Shown piece by piece: positions 24,726 to 38,870 of a stretch of 64,000 nucleotides of DNA. The translations under genes and the position numbers were made by a program. Below the pieces are notes generated by a model, which had not been told where the DNA came from, ran no database searches, and saw only the letters and a program-made list of their open reading frames with translations. The stretch comes from Syncephalis fuscata S228 (Eukaryota > Fungi > Zoopagomycota): the NCBI GenBank assembly GCA_025786725.1, contig JAHLTZ010000048.1:1-64000 (forward strand), written 5' to 3'. Within the stretch, counting starts at the first letter, position 1; each line of letters opens with the position of its first letter.

Positions 24726-27006
24726 ATGGAACCAAAAACTACAAACGTCTTGGCGTGGGCAAAGCGCTGCTACAGAAAGATAAACGAACTTATAGCCCAA
24801 ATCAAAGAAGGAAAATACTTATATGGAGAAGCAAAAAAGCGGCCCGAAAACGAGCTAGGCGACGCAGTACAGTTAACTAGTTATAAGTGCTTGAAAAGCG
24901 GGGTAAAACAGCTTTATAAAGACTTACAAACGGAAACTGAGAATGCAATTGCTATTATTTTGGAGCAACCAGCAATTAGAGAACAAGAGCGCCAATATGT
25001 AAACAGTCTAAAAGATCAATGGACGCCTCAGTGGACGCAACACATGCTGCAAGCATACACAAATGATACGCCATATTCTTTAGGCGCGGTAGTTCAACAA
25101 CTTCAATATACATTTGGTGAGTATTATAAATATAGTAACTACCGTTTTATTAACTGATATGTTGCTTTATAAAGCAAACTATATCGACGATAAAGATGCT
25201 GATATTCGGCTCCTGCTAGAACTGTGGGATATTACAGCAAAAGAAAACCAGTTTAAGGTTATAAAGCGTCCTTTCTTAGTTGATAATAGGGTAAGTTGGT
25301 ATTAGATGCCTTATTATTGGACGTTATGATTACTAATACCGAATATAAATTACTAGTTAAACGGCAACCGTACATGGTCAATTCAAATAATTGATCCAAA
25401 CAACAAACCATTGGCAATGGTTAAAACATTTGTCGATGTTAAGGCTGGCAATTGGGAGATTGGTTTGTATCGACATCTGTGCAGCCTACCAGCTGTCGCA
25501 AAATACATACCAGCATTTCAAAAAAAATTCAATTTACTTCGCATGCCGACTATGATAACCGACTATGTCAAATCAAAGACACGCCGCGTATATAATGATA
25601 TCGAGCAAATTACATATGCCAAAAATTTGATAAAGGTATGTAAATAATGGCTCATGTTCATGTAGATTACTAACATTATGCTAGGCTGTTTCTGCGTTAC
25701 ACAGCGTTGGTGTTACGCATGGTGATATTAAACCAGGCAATGTTCTAGTTGATAGCAACTGCAATGTCAAGCTAATTGACTTTGGCTCAGCACACATTGC
25801 CTACGACGCCGAAATGTGTCGTGAATTTGTAGATGGCGAGGTCTATAAAACTACAGCTGGCACCAGAGGATATATGTCGCCAGAGTGCGGGCGCAAAGCC
25901 ACCAAGTCCTCCGACATGTACTCTATCGGAAAAACACTGGCAAAGATATTTAAAGTAAGATAATTATACAGTTGAATTTAGGTATGGTTTGTTGACAAGT
26001 CACGGCGTCTATAGGATTCTAAAAAATGTCGAGACATGTACATACTAATCGATATGCTAACATTTGAAAATCCGCATAGTCGAGCTGATGCAAGCGAGGC
26101 TTTTGAATTACTAGCAAAAATGCAAAAGGAACAAGACAATGGTGAAGCAGCAGCACCAATTCCGGCAGCGAATATACAGCAATTAAGAAATTGGCAGCCC
26201 ATGATATTTGCCGAACAAGATAATGGTGGGCAGCAACACCAATGCCGGCAGCGAATATACAGCAATTAAGAATCAGCAACCTATGATATTTGCCGAACAA
26301 GAAAAAGAGAACAAGGTCTCTATGGCAAATGTATCCGAAATGTTTAAGCAGCTAAAGAAACAGAACACAATTTTATTAAACACGCTGCATTATTAGAAAA
26401 AGGCCAAAGCCAATTAAATCGTCAAATGACTATTATGAAAAAAGAGCATATAAAAACAATGGCTGCAATTAAAAAAGTGCAAAAGACACTTGATAAGCAA
26501 CAATCAATAAGCAGCAACAAAAGTGGGAAAAGAAAGAAAAGTAATACAATTGATGTATCATTGATAGTAACAAGCAAAACAAGAAGAGAAAATACTCAAT
26601 ACGGTCAAGCCAATGGTACAAGTTATTAAAAAAGCCAAGAAGAGAAATGTATTTGATGAGGCGGATAACAACGATACGCCAATAGCTAATAAAAAGAAGC
26701 GAGCATTGGATACAGGTAATTAGGTATATAAATATAAATAACACACGCTAATTATTGTCACTATTAATAGATGAAGAAGAAAATGGCCATGATGTGAAAA
26801 AGCGCAATATCAAACAACAAAAGACAACATTGCCGATGAACGTAACCGGCAATTCTAAACTGCAGCACCACTTAGAAGATGAGAGAATAAATTTGCAGCA
26901 ATCTCAAGAAACAGATCCAATATTAGCGCACAAGCACAAATACCAAACACGTGCTAATACAGCAAAATCTAAAATGGCCAATCAGCAGCCGGTTCGACGA
27001 TATTGA
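24726..27006 (+). CDS. Orphan non-RD Ser/Thr-type protein kinase with coiled-coil/basic tail (several frameshifts in the tail)
   Basis: AMVK, HGDIKPGNVLV, KLIDFGSA, GTRGYMSPE, SDMYSIG, PHSRADASE. No GxGxxG loop. Confidence 0.8.
26129..26302 (+). repeat. Tandem 84-nt coding duplication (EQDNGEAAAPIPAANIQQLRNWQPMIFA)
   Basis: Units start at 26129, 26213 and 26295 (partial). The second unit is 82 nt because two single bases are missing. Confidence 0.85.
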
Positions 27007-27293
27007 CGTATATAGTAAATGATTTTACTATATTTAGTAAACTATAAAATATGTAGTCTTTTTGTAATAAAATTTCAGTATTATAAGTATATCACAGAAA
27101 TTTTATTTGTATAATTACTAATACTCTTAACATACAGCGTAAAATATAATAAATAAATAATTTATATCATTGTATCTTTTTTATAATATGTTGAAAGTTA
27201 GCATGTTTTATGATTACATTTATAATTAATGTAGTGATTATTTTTTTTAATTCTTATCCTTATTAAGACTAGCGGTTATTTGATAAATTTAAT

Positions 27294-28839
27294 TCAATTC
27301 AGTACAAAGCTTGTAATGAGCGTTGTCTCTTTAGCCATCAATACCATATGTCCATATACAGCTGTACAATGCTTTACTGCTGGTATTGGGAACGAATAAA
27401 CATTCACATCACCTGTTACGACATCGATAATACAGTATTGATTAAAGTCATAGCCGTGTCCAATGATCTTTGTATCAATAATATGCTGGAAATAATTAAA
27501 CCCATCGCTTAAGTTGCTTATATTGGCATGCTGCTGAATCTGTTCATTTAGCAATGAAATAATAACTAATGGCGAGTAAATTAAGCGAAATACGACCAAG
27601 TTATGTTGCGGAATTAAAATCGGCTTTTCAAACTCATTTGCTGGATAGATGCGTTCAAGAATGGCGCCTTTGCTTAAAGAAATTACTTTAATGTGGCGGT
27701 ACCAACTTATGTTAGTACCATGCTGTTCTTCTTCGGACATATAAGCTTGGCAGTTGGCTAATATCCGATAATTGAATAAAATTCCAGCTGCTTAATGTTT
27801 GAGTAATAAGGTGATTTGAAATCAGCTGAAATGATTGTAGTCATTTGTGGCATGCCGTGATCAGTCATCACTAAGTCGGCATTGGGCGTCAACGATACAC
27901 GGACTATCTTATACAAAGTTCCACGTGAACTATCAGAGGACTGCGAGAAAATCATTTTATTGTTGTTCGCCGTATGTGTTCTGAAATTATTACATTTACT
28001 GATATTTGAGATATTAAAAGGTCGAGGTTTACGTAATTGTTTCTTTGAAAAACCGCTATAAAGTAACCTGGTTTTATCATTTTTTTGAAAAAAAAGAAAA
28101 CGCATTCCAGAATTGAGATTTGAAAACAACAAAAACATACCAATAATTCTACTATCCCAGTAAGCATCAAGAGCAATAGATTGCAACAGTTGGCGATTAT
28201 TTGCGTTCCATATTTCAAGTGCGCTTGAACGGATTTTAGCGCACCCTAAACGTAAAATTAGCCGCATACCATCATCAATGTCGCTTGTTCGTTTTCGGTC
28301 TTGATAAGATGTTATGCTTGCTACTTTTCCTAAACTATTTTTATCTATATCCAATCGATAAACTTTGATCATATTCTTTGACGAGAGTTTAAACAGCTCA
28401 AACTGTAAATTACAAGTTACTATTGCAATCCATCTAGGATAACTTGCAATAGCTGATCGCTTTGGAAGTTGCAGTTCTGCTATTTCATCTATATTAAAAG
28501 GCTTTAGATGAACATTTGATGGCGATTTGTTATTTTGCCAATTCATATTCATATTGCTACGCTGGTTGTATTTTTGAAACCGAGTAAATGTCGCTGCAGC
28601 TTTAATTTTGGCATCAATTGCCACTCCGACCAGTCAATATCCATGTTAACATCGCGAGGAAAATTTTGCCGATACAGTTTGTGCCAGAAACTATTATAAG
28701 TACCGATGCAATTGTACAATGATTTACAAGTACATGCCAAAGCAACTGTGGCAGCTGGTTCACCTAATATCACTATATGATTAACTATTTTGGCAACTAA
28801 CCATATCTTTGATAGTGTGTTATTATTTTGTGTTGACAT
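27294..28839 (-). CDS. Intronless F-box-like protein with beta-rich C-terminus, split by two frameshifts (possible pseudogene)
   Basis: IVNHIVILGEPAATVALACTCKSLYNCI...SFWHKLYRQNFP, then Y..R...NW. Three consecutive same-strand ORFs. Confidence 0.6.
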
Positions 28840-29724
28840 GATGAAAACAAAATTGAAAAATACTTATAGTAAATAAGGCTTTAACATAAATATGCATGAC
28901 GAACTGCAACTATGACACATTTAAACGAAGCCATTTAGCGTTAACGATTGCTTTTGTAAAATAATCTGATGCTATATACCCATTCTAATTTAATTATAAT
29001 AAACTGGATAACTTATATGATACTAAATATAATCAAGACTAAACTAAAAAAACTTATTGCCTTTATCGGTATTGAATATAGCTATCATTATATAATGAAT
29101 ATAGCTAATGACAAAGCTGGATGCTTTATAGTGTTGCCGTTTTGATATTTTGGACAGGTTTTGCAAGACTAAGAAATATACTATGTGATTGGATAGTCAA
29201 TTAAAACTGCATGTAATAGGCCACAAGAATAACATACATAGCAAATATCGGCACAATTGCTAGCAATAAATGTTTATTAGAAAGATATGACGAGTAAACA
29301 TTTATTAGTTGTAACCACATGAGTAGCCACTTGGATTAATATGCTGTAATAATGATAAAATACTACAAAGCATTCAGGTTACGTTATTAGCTATATTTAT
29401 TATAAATGCTAGTTATATTTGATATTAATAAAGCATAATTGCAATTTCTAAAACTAGAACTGTAACAACATTAAGTGTAACAGATAAAAATACAAACAGC
29501 TCATTATCTATCAATTTACCTACACGCATATATAAATATTAAAAATACAACAATTTAATAACGTAAACTGTCCATAGCCTCATAGTATAATTAAACTATT
29601 TCTTTATTAATATAAAATGATGTGTTATAAAGTATGAATAAAAGAATTCGATTTGAATTGTATTAAATTCCCGACAATGGCCATATCAGAACATAGTAGC
29701 TAATAGTCACGTCATTGTGAATAA

Positions 29725-31536
29725 TCAGCTAAGCTCACGTAGACACCAATCACGTAATTCTTCTATCTCTTCGTGTGCATATATTTCACTAACACTAGCA
29801 TCGTCCCAGGTTGCTACTAATTCATTGCCATCATAACGGCATCCTAAATAGATACAAACAAGTAAGTTGCCTATCTATCATAAATATAGCAATATTTTAT
29901 TTAAAACATACCTCGCCACTTTGCAGTCATCTGGTGTAATAAAGATAGGTATATCATAGAGGAACTAAATAGGTCAACATCAGTAACACGCCCATGGCTA
30001 CAGCGTAATGTAATACGCTATTGATGTTAATTAATAAAGGCGATTAGTAACGACTAATAACTAAATTGCATTACTGGCAATCGTCCAAATAATTACCAAT
30101 TGAGCCCAGTCAAAGGTATGCTCGATAGTATGTGTAAATTTAGGTGTTTGTCCAAAAGTCCAATCCCATGTCTAATAAAACAAAATGTTACTAAACCCTG
30201 CTATTACCATTACTATCGCCGCTGCCAATTATCCAATTACCTTTAATTGCTCTTGATACTCTTGAATCTTGGGCTGATTTGCTATAAATGTTTCATCAAT
30301 AGGAATCATCATCTGTAATTGACCTTGTCATTAGCTACTAGGCTGCCAATCCGCAATTTATCCATTAACCAACACTTACTGAGGACTCTTTTGGTCGCCA
30401 TATAGTCCTAAAAACTCATAATGAACTGCCTCACAAAACGACAAATGATCCACAGTATAAGAGTAATTACGTAGATTCGTAACCGGAGAACGAACACTTG
30501 CTGTACCTGCTGCGTCTAATCTTGTCTATAATGTATTAAGTAAACCATTAGTATTATTCTATCATTACTGACTTTATTATACCTTATTACTACGTAGAAA
30601 ATGACCAAGACCATCAAGATCTGTGTCAATAAGCATTGTACCATGATGATATGCTCGATCTGAAATCAATTTAAATGCTGAGCCAGATACGTAATTCATT
30701 GATGTAAGCGTATTATTATTATCATTATTATCATTATCCTTATAATACTACTACTACTACTACACATAATAGCTAATATAAAGGATATTTTACGCCGATG
30801 AACTGCAATATCATATCGCTCATTAACTACAGCAGGAATATCAAGTTGATTTAATGCCCGTGTCACCATTTCAACATGAGTTTGTCGCTTGAATACCTTA
30901 CGAGGCATCATTACACAGTAATTAGTATTACCCATATCCTACCATTTAATATTATTTATCCATATACATTAATAAATTTAATAGTTAACAAACTTCAATA
31001 TAATTTATTATCTTATCGCTTACATGATAGACAGCGCCCCACCACTTTGTCGACGTATAATCTCTACACCATCCTCAGACATGGCGTTTAAATTACATTC
31101 TGCCCATGGATTCTATAGTTAATACACACCACCATTAACAACAGCCCAATCTGACGTCAGCAATGGCTTACTTGGTTACGTCCAAAAATAACACAAGGCT
31201 TATTACGATACATAAACAATACATAACTAGCAGGATCTCCATGGCGAACTAGCCTAGATCGATATATATATATATTATATTACAGTCATTCTAGCCCCTT
31301 ATCCCTTTACCATTCTTCTACCGCTAAATTGGACCATGGGTCATTTACTTTTGATATATAGCATAGTATTGATTTAGCAGTATTTTCCTAAGTATATAGT
31401 AAATAGCCATTTGTTTTCTCTTTTCTCCTATTTACCGTGCCGTTCTGCATCCCTTTAGACTGTACATTCACGCTACTAAACAGCGACGTGCAAGTCCCCA
31501 CGATATTCGCGGTAATCTATAGCTGTAGACTCTCAT
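29725..31536 (-). CDS. Mitochondrial lipoate-protein ligase A / lipoyltransferase (Lip3/Aim22 family), with a U12-type AT-AC intron
   Basis: [41 protein letters not shown]|VSGSAFK...[27 protein letters not shown]. Presequence ...ARRCFSS needs one extra T at ~31479. Confidence 0.92.
30691..30788 (-). other. U12-type (minor spliceosome) AT-AC intron, 98 nt, phase 0
   Basis: 5' end ATATCCTTT, 3' end GAATTAC, candidate branch site CGCTTAC about 15 nt from the 3' end. Removal restores the conserved RK-VSGSA motif exactly. Confidence 0.92.
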
Positions 31537-33159
31537 TAGAACACCCAAATAGCAGTTATACGTATACTAGCAAGAAATAGCAGACAAGTAAAAACAACAC
31601 TTTATTTGCCATTGTACCAACTTCTATCTGTACTTTGTAGTCGACCCGATCACAATACAGGTTGACTTGATTCAAGTCATAGCCGTTTCTTGTACATATC
31701 ACGTCAGTCCATCATTCAATGGTGTGGATGATTAGTGCAACAACAACAAAAAAACAACCATATTAACAAGCATCCTTATTGACAATCCCATATCTACTAC
31801 ATTCCTTTTCACTTTCATTTTATTTTCAAAACATCAAACGTCATCTTCTCTTTGTTGGATACCCAAACTATGTAAGTTGTATAAGCAAGGTTAATAGCAA
31901 CCATAACAACCATAATAAACACCACCACCACCATCGTTATTTTTATGCGTACTCATTAATGCCTACTGTGAGCATGAGTTTCATCATGAATAGCGCCAGT
32001 CACGCATATGATCGCCCTCGCCTCCACAGTTCTCTTTTTTTTCACCTCTGCCATTCTATTCTCTTTTGTAACCACATTTGTTTCGCTTATTGTAATATTG
32101 CCTTGTATTGACGTCTGTGCTCTTCCGTTAAACGTTAGTAAAGACTTGTTTATTTCGTCATCTCTCAGTGTCAACCAGGTCATTTCTCCGCCACCCTCTA
32201 CTCTTTTTTACTTTTTCGTCCATTAATTGCCGTACACACCACTCATAGCCACCACCTTTCTCTATCCGTCTCTCTAATATTTCTGTGAATGTGTTTGTGA
32301 GTGAAAGTGGTCACCTGCTTCAAAAGTGTGGTCACACCCCTTCTGGCTATCTCCTTTATATCACACTAGGCTATTACTGCATTGTATTGCCAATACTACC
32401 ACACCTGCTTACTACAGCTCACTACTACGGCTTTTCTCACTTCTTACTCTCTCACTTTTCTCTTTCTACACACACACACACACACAACATAAGCACACAC
32501 ATTATATCACATACTACTCTTTCAACTTACTTCTTCGTCATACTACTTACAATATAGCACGTACACACACACGCGCGTACCAAGGGAACAGAATTGCTGT
32601 CTGCCAGTCTCAGTCGTTGAAGTTTGTTCACAGCCTTGTACGCTTTCCTTCCTTGTTCCTTACACCTGCTTTTCTCTGATTCCGCACGGTCTCTCTTCTC
32701 GCTCATTACTCTCGTTATTTTGCAGCAGCAGCAGCAGTCGCAATAGCCGCAACAACAATAACAACGACAACAACGACAACAACCGTAGTAGTAGTAGCAG
32801 TAGTAGTAGAAGAAGAGACATTTGTGTTGACTATGCAACGTTGAAGTACTGCGACTCTAACTTTCCACTCTACTCATCTATACCTCTGATACGCATACGC
32901 TAGCATTCCTATTATTCCGTGCGCGAGTTTTATTATACTGCTTTGAAACGCTGACCAACGTACCAACTGATTGATTGACTAATTGATTAACTAACTAACT
33001 AACTAACTAGTTAGCTAACCGTCTTTCTTTATATCAACAACAGCGATATTTCGCGTGTTTCTGTTCTTTATTTCTGTAGTTGATTCTTTGACCGGTGTAT
33101 GTCAGTCTAAGTTTGGTCGTTAACACTACAGTTGGTTATTATTTCTCTGCAGTAGCGGT

Positions 33160-36100
33160 ATGAACCGTTTGTCAACGCAACAACACCAGCAAATGCCTTT
33201 CCACTACAGCTACCTACTTCGTTGACCGCGCGGCCGGCTTCTCCATCCCCAGACTCTGTTGCTCGGCCAAAACGGGTTTCAATGCTAGCATCCAGTCCAA
33301 TGCGGCCAACCGGTTTACAAAGGGCCAAATCGTCCGATAGCATTGTATTAAAACGTAAGTGTCACAAAATCGGGACTATGTATAATGATGCTATCGGCTG
33401 TATTTCGCCGTTGTCGGGAGAATGATAACAACAACAGACCGAACTGGTCAATGAACAAAAAAGGAAACCGGATCCCCAATATTTGAATACTGAGTAGATA
33501 GAGATGACGGTTACTATGTTTGGTGAAAGAAAAGGGGCAGTGCTAGGAGGATTAGGAGAAGTAGGGGAGTAGCAATAGGAGAAAAATAGAACCAGACTGA
33601 AAACACTGTGACGTGTCTATTGTTAGTCTTGTGTATTTGTTCATCCATCTGTTTTATTTGTATGTTACTGCTTATTAGTGGCTGTGTATAAGATAATTGT
33701 TAAACTATTATTACCAGCTTGTTTTCTTTATTCTGCATCTTGCATTTTACCCCATTGGCTGTTCTATGCGTTTACCTTTACAGCATGCATCAAAATGCCA
33801 AATTCACTCGTCTCTATCTGTTCTGTATACTGATGTATACAGGTAAGTTAGATGGAAGATGATAGAAACTGATAGAAGATGGTGTGCACATCGACCCCAA
33901 AAGCTAATGACATTATATGTGTCATGCTACATTGCTTTTTTGAGTTAAATACTATTAACAAGTCTAGCCAGCTGGTTAGACGCAACGGCTACTGCTCGAT
34001 TTATGCTTTGCCTAACTACTTTACTCCTTGATAAGCAGCAGCATTTGTGTGCATTATGCATATAGGCATATATATACATATATATAGTTAGTACATTGAT
34101 ACTGTACTGTGCTATTCATTCTACAAAATGAATACCAAACCTTCTTCTGTATATACAAATAACACTGACTCAGATCTACCTCCCTATACTCCTATAGGTC
34201 CTATGTTGTCTAACATACACACCAACAACTTACCATCCACCAAAGATACATCCTCTTCATCCTCCGCGGCCACAAGTGCATTTCCAGCCGCGTTTACTTT
34301 TAACGACCACACCAACGATACTGGCAGCACTGGCAGTTTCAGCACCAACAATGCCATGGCAACAACGCCCCTCTCAATCATTGATGAGAACCGTCGTCGA
34401 CAAGGCCGTCTACTGCTTGTATCGTTGTTAGAGAATTTTTGTCAATTATACGATCAAAATCCCGAGCAAAGCCGTCGACTATTCTTTCTTATATGTCGTG
34501 CGCTCTACCACATGGGTGTGATCAATCAGGAGTACATAGATGAAATGGCTCCTGCTCGAGCTGCTTATAAACGAGCATTTTCCGAATTGGTTGCACAAGC
34601 CATCACGGCAATTCAGGTAAGCGCACTGACTGCGTTGATGTATGATGACCATTGGTATTGCAGCAGTTATCTGCTGTAAACAGTGGTATTTGTTAAATTG
34701 TATGAATTATAATGTAATAATCTATTGTATTTATTCTATTTATTATATATTGTTATCATGCCTACTTCTCTTTTATAGCAAGATACTGCAGATGATCATC
34801 GGCTATTGCTAGAAGCAGCCGTTGAAGATGCTGCCAAAGATCTTACACGTATTGACTCTAGTCTGAGTGCCTCTTCTATCAGGTAAATAAGCCAAAATAG
34901 TATAAAGCATTTGTAGTTGGAAGAAATAGATGAATAGAATGATAGATTGAATGAATAGACTATTGAATGGATTGAATAGATTGAATACAAATGACAAGTG
35001 CTTTTAATGTCCATTAATAATACTATTTATTTATTATCATAATCATTTACTAATAACAATTTACAAATAGCCGACCTTTATTTGGAGCTACTCCACCAAG
35101 TCGTAGCGAATCCACTTCACCTGCTATTTTAGATGGTGCCACTGTGAATTTTACTGATTTATTGGATGTACATACAAGTCGGTATCGTGATGACTATGAG
35201 GAAATGCGTGCACTTGGCAAGGGAGGCTATGGCAGTGTATGGCATGTAAGTAACTATTGACAACGATATTAAAATAATACTTACTAAGTAATCACTATTT
35301 TATTACATTATAGGTACGTAACAAACTAGATGGCTGTGACTATGCCGTCAAAAAGATTCGGTTATCACAGAATGATGTTGTTTTGGAAAAGGTATTTCGT
35401 GAGATCAAGTCTATGCCACGTTTGGATCATCCTTATGTTGTACGATACTATGGATCCTGGCTTGAACACGTCGAATACGCAGTGCGTCGTCCTCGTTCCC
35501 GTACATCACCATTCAATGGCAATCATGGCTCTCATAGCTCACGTCGCAGTAACAGCAGTCTATCTAGATCACTGTCTGGCCTAAATAGTTTGGATACCGG
35601 TCTGCGCATTGATGTACTACTTAGTACTGCCGGTGAATCAGAGGATATTCTAGGCGAAGAGACGGAAGAGGAAGAGGAGGAAGAAGAAGAGACCGGTGTA
35701 CTTGACAGCGTCGAAAATGGTCTTTCTGAATCAGAAGACGATGTAGTATTTCGTGTATCGGAAGATGAATTATCAGATCTAGATGAAACTACTAACGATT
35801 CTTGTTTACGTCATCATCGAAGACGCCATCGATCACACGATATGGCATTTGATGATTCTGCTTCATCTTTTTCTACCGACAACGATGATCACAACGATGA
35901 AAATGATCAAGATGACGACAAGGATGATTGCTTATTAGAAGATAGTGAAGATGACGACGATGGCATTTGTTTTAGTGAAGAGGCCAGTCGACACACAATG
36001 TCATCGTCTGCAAGTCGCTATTCAACGCAACACAAGCTTAGTCAAAGCTACAATCATAGTAGCAGTAATAGTGCCAACAAATGGACTGGTCGTGAACCAT

Positions 36101-37625
36101 TTGCCCATTTACCCTTCACCAATCAACCTCGTATTCGGCCAACGCATAGACGCCATCCTAGCAGTGGAGCCTGGAGTGCCGCATCTGGTTCTGCTGGATC
36201 ATCGCAGCGACTGCCATCGTCAGTTGAAGATATCATTACGTTTCTATCATCGCCACCCAACTCGCCACCTGGTAGTGGACTGCATCCATTGGCCACTTCT
36301 ATGACTGCATCTACACTGGGTAGTAAAGCTAGTACTAATGGCTATAAACCAGCCACTGAACGTGTACTCACCTTGTTTATTCAAATGCATCTATGTCGAT
36401 GCACACTTAAAGACTATTTGCGCCATCGAGATGATGCTATTTGCGGTGAAGGCATGCAAAATAACAATGACATGTCATCGCGCGACCCGCTCTCATTTGT
36501 CGATGGTATTGCCAATGTTCGTTTATTTAGACGTATTGTAGAGGGAGTGGCTTATATCCACGCCCAAGGCTTAATGCATCGTGACTTGAAGCCTCCTAAT
36601 ATATTTTTGGAATTTGCCAATTCTTCTGCTAGTACGCCCGAACCAGATTGGCTACGTCGTCACGCTGCCTACCAACAGGTGGAGGCGCTTATTCCAAAGA
36701 TTGGTGACTTTGGCCTAGTGGCGCAAATGAACAATACGGCCGCATCGACCTCTACCACGTCATTGGCCTCATCGACCTCTATGATGCCATCGCCTATTTC
36801 ACCAGGCTATATAGCGGCCAGCAATCCTTCTACACTACAGCCAAAGGATATAGGCTATGGACCATGCAGTATGTTTGGCCGATCAGCACCTGTCAAGTCA
36901 ACATACGGTATTATATCACCATCTGGCATGATGTCTTCATCACGTACCAGCGGTGTAGGCACAGTAACAGTAAGTAGATAGATAACTTTATAATATGCTT
37001 TTTATTAATAAGTATATACAGTATGCTGCGCCAGAACAGCTCTCAGGTCATCCAAACAACTATGATGCCAAAGTAGATATTTATGCACTTGGTGTCATCT
37101 TTCTTGAGCTATGCCATCCATTTGGCACATTGATGGAACGAGCAACTGTGCTTAAACGTCTCCGTCAAGGTGTACTGCCAGATGCATTTGTGCGGGCCTG
37201 TCCTAAAGAAGTAAGTCATTTACTATAGCCACCTATTATTAATAGTATAACTAACAAATGCGCATAGGCTGCCTTTATTCTTTGGCTTACCGCAATGGAT
37301 CCAGCATTGCGTCCAACTGCTCAACAAATTCTGGAATTTGATCTGATGCGTCCTGAATCTATTGTAAGTATACATACAATAAATATAATAACATTTGCTA
37401 ATAATACTAATAACAACGCAATACTAATAATAGGTGAATGCACCAGTATGGCCAATGCATGTAGATATGTTACGTTCGGAAAACGAATCACTTCGTCAAC
37501 GTATTGCCGAACTAGAAGCACGTATGCAAGACTGCCATTTATGTTCCTCTAGCCCATCACTCGCCTCCTCTTCTTACCATGCGAATAGCTGTTCTTCTCC
37601 ACTTAGCCAACATCGCCCACAATAG
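33160..37625 (+). CDS. eIF2alpha kinase, HRI (heme-regulated inhibitor) type
   Basis: HRI N-terminal domain LLLVSLLENFCQLY...LFFLICRALYHMG, SRYRDDYEEMRALGKGGYGSV, YAVKKI, VVRYYGSWLE, long acidic insert, LFIQMHLC, HRDLKPPNIF, KIGDFGL, GVGTVTYAAPEQ. The 5' end is uncertain (33160, 33833 or 34128). Confidence 0.88.
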
Positions 37626-37799
37626 CGGGTATTTTCTTTACAAAAAGTATATTGTATTCTCAATTACTTTTTCTCTTTTTATCCTACGCTGTGCTCATTC
37701 TGCTACGACAATGACAATAATATTACTTGCAATACCATCATGACTATTAATACTACTACAATTATTATAATGAATCAAAATGTAAAACTATATTGATAA

Positions 37800-38870
37800 T
37801 TAAGCATGAAACACTTCTTCAACTGGATCTGCAGGCAGTTTGGTGTTGGTCGATCTTTCTTCACGTTCCAATAGCTGCACTCGCTTGTCAACGTATTTAT
37901 GGGCCCGACGTTGAATGAGTGCCGCACGTACCTAAATAAATAAATACATTAATATTAATAAATAATCATTAGTGCTATAATAAATATGCTATCATTTAAA
38001 CGATTTACCTGGTTAGGCGAAATGTATCGTGGATTTTCCCATACAACAGCACCGCCAAATCCACCGGCAAATATCTTGATTGGCTGTAGGACAAATCGAG
38101 GGCCTACTTCAACAAGCTGTGTCTTCTTCTCTTCTCCCTTAATGGTTGTTGACACCACCTCACTATCTTTGTCTATAATCTGATAATTACGGAACCATAG
38201 ACGGCCATCGACAATAGAGAAACTAATAACGTGATCCACGAATGGCTTACTCTTGCGTGTGCCTTTAGGAACACCAAAGATACGAGTAAGAAGCGATTTC
38301 ATCACTCGTAGATGGGGTGATTCGTCAAAGTTCTTATCAAACGATACAATGGGACGTGATCCCTTCAAGTGATTACCCGTCATACGCAATTCATCCATAG
38401 TATGAACTAATGGCCATTAGGATCAATTACATAAATACGCATCAATTATTAACAACTTACTGTTCTGTACGTGGAATTTAACGGTAGGGCCATTGGGTGT
38501 CTTGGCCATCCATAGGTATAAATCGGACTTTTTACGTGCTTCAAAGAAAAGACAGTTGTTGCAGTTATTAAGTTCGGCCAATTCGTTAAGCGCGTCAAAT
38601 CCATGTTTAGTATCAAGTTTGGCATCTACCAATTAATTAGTATTATTGATTTGTTAGATTCAATAACTTACCGCGTTTAGAATGAGGTAGCAATACTTCA
38701 ATATCGCTCATAAGATGGCGCTGGCGGAAATTGATACCGCGCGTACTAAGTATCAGGACTCGCTGCTTATTGCGCACTACGGGACTCTTGCTTGCACTGG
38801 TAACGGCATCATTCTCAGTAGTCGTATCCTTGCCTCGCTTCTTCACCGCTGATTTGTAGGCACTTGCCAT
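37800..38870 (-). CDS. BRX1: Ribosome biogenesis protein Brx1 (Brix domain)
   Basis: NKQRVLILSTRGINFRQRHLM, LNELAELNNCNNCLFFEARKK, HTMDELRMTGNHLKGSRP, LVEVGPRFVL. Confidence 0.95.

Noticed and set aside
38824-38831. GTATCCTT, resembling a U12 5' splice site
   Set aside because: It lies on the antisense strand of BRX1 coding sequence.
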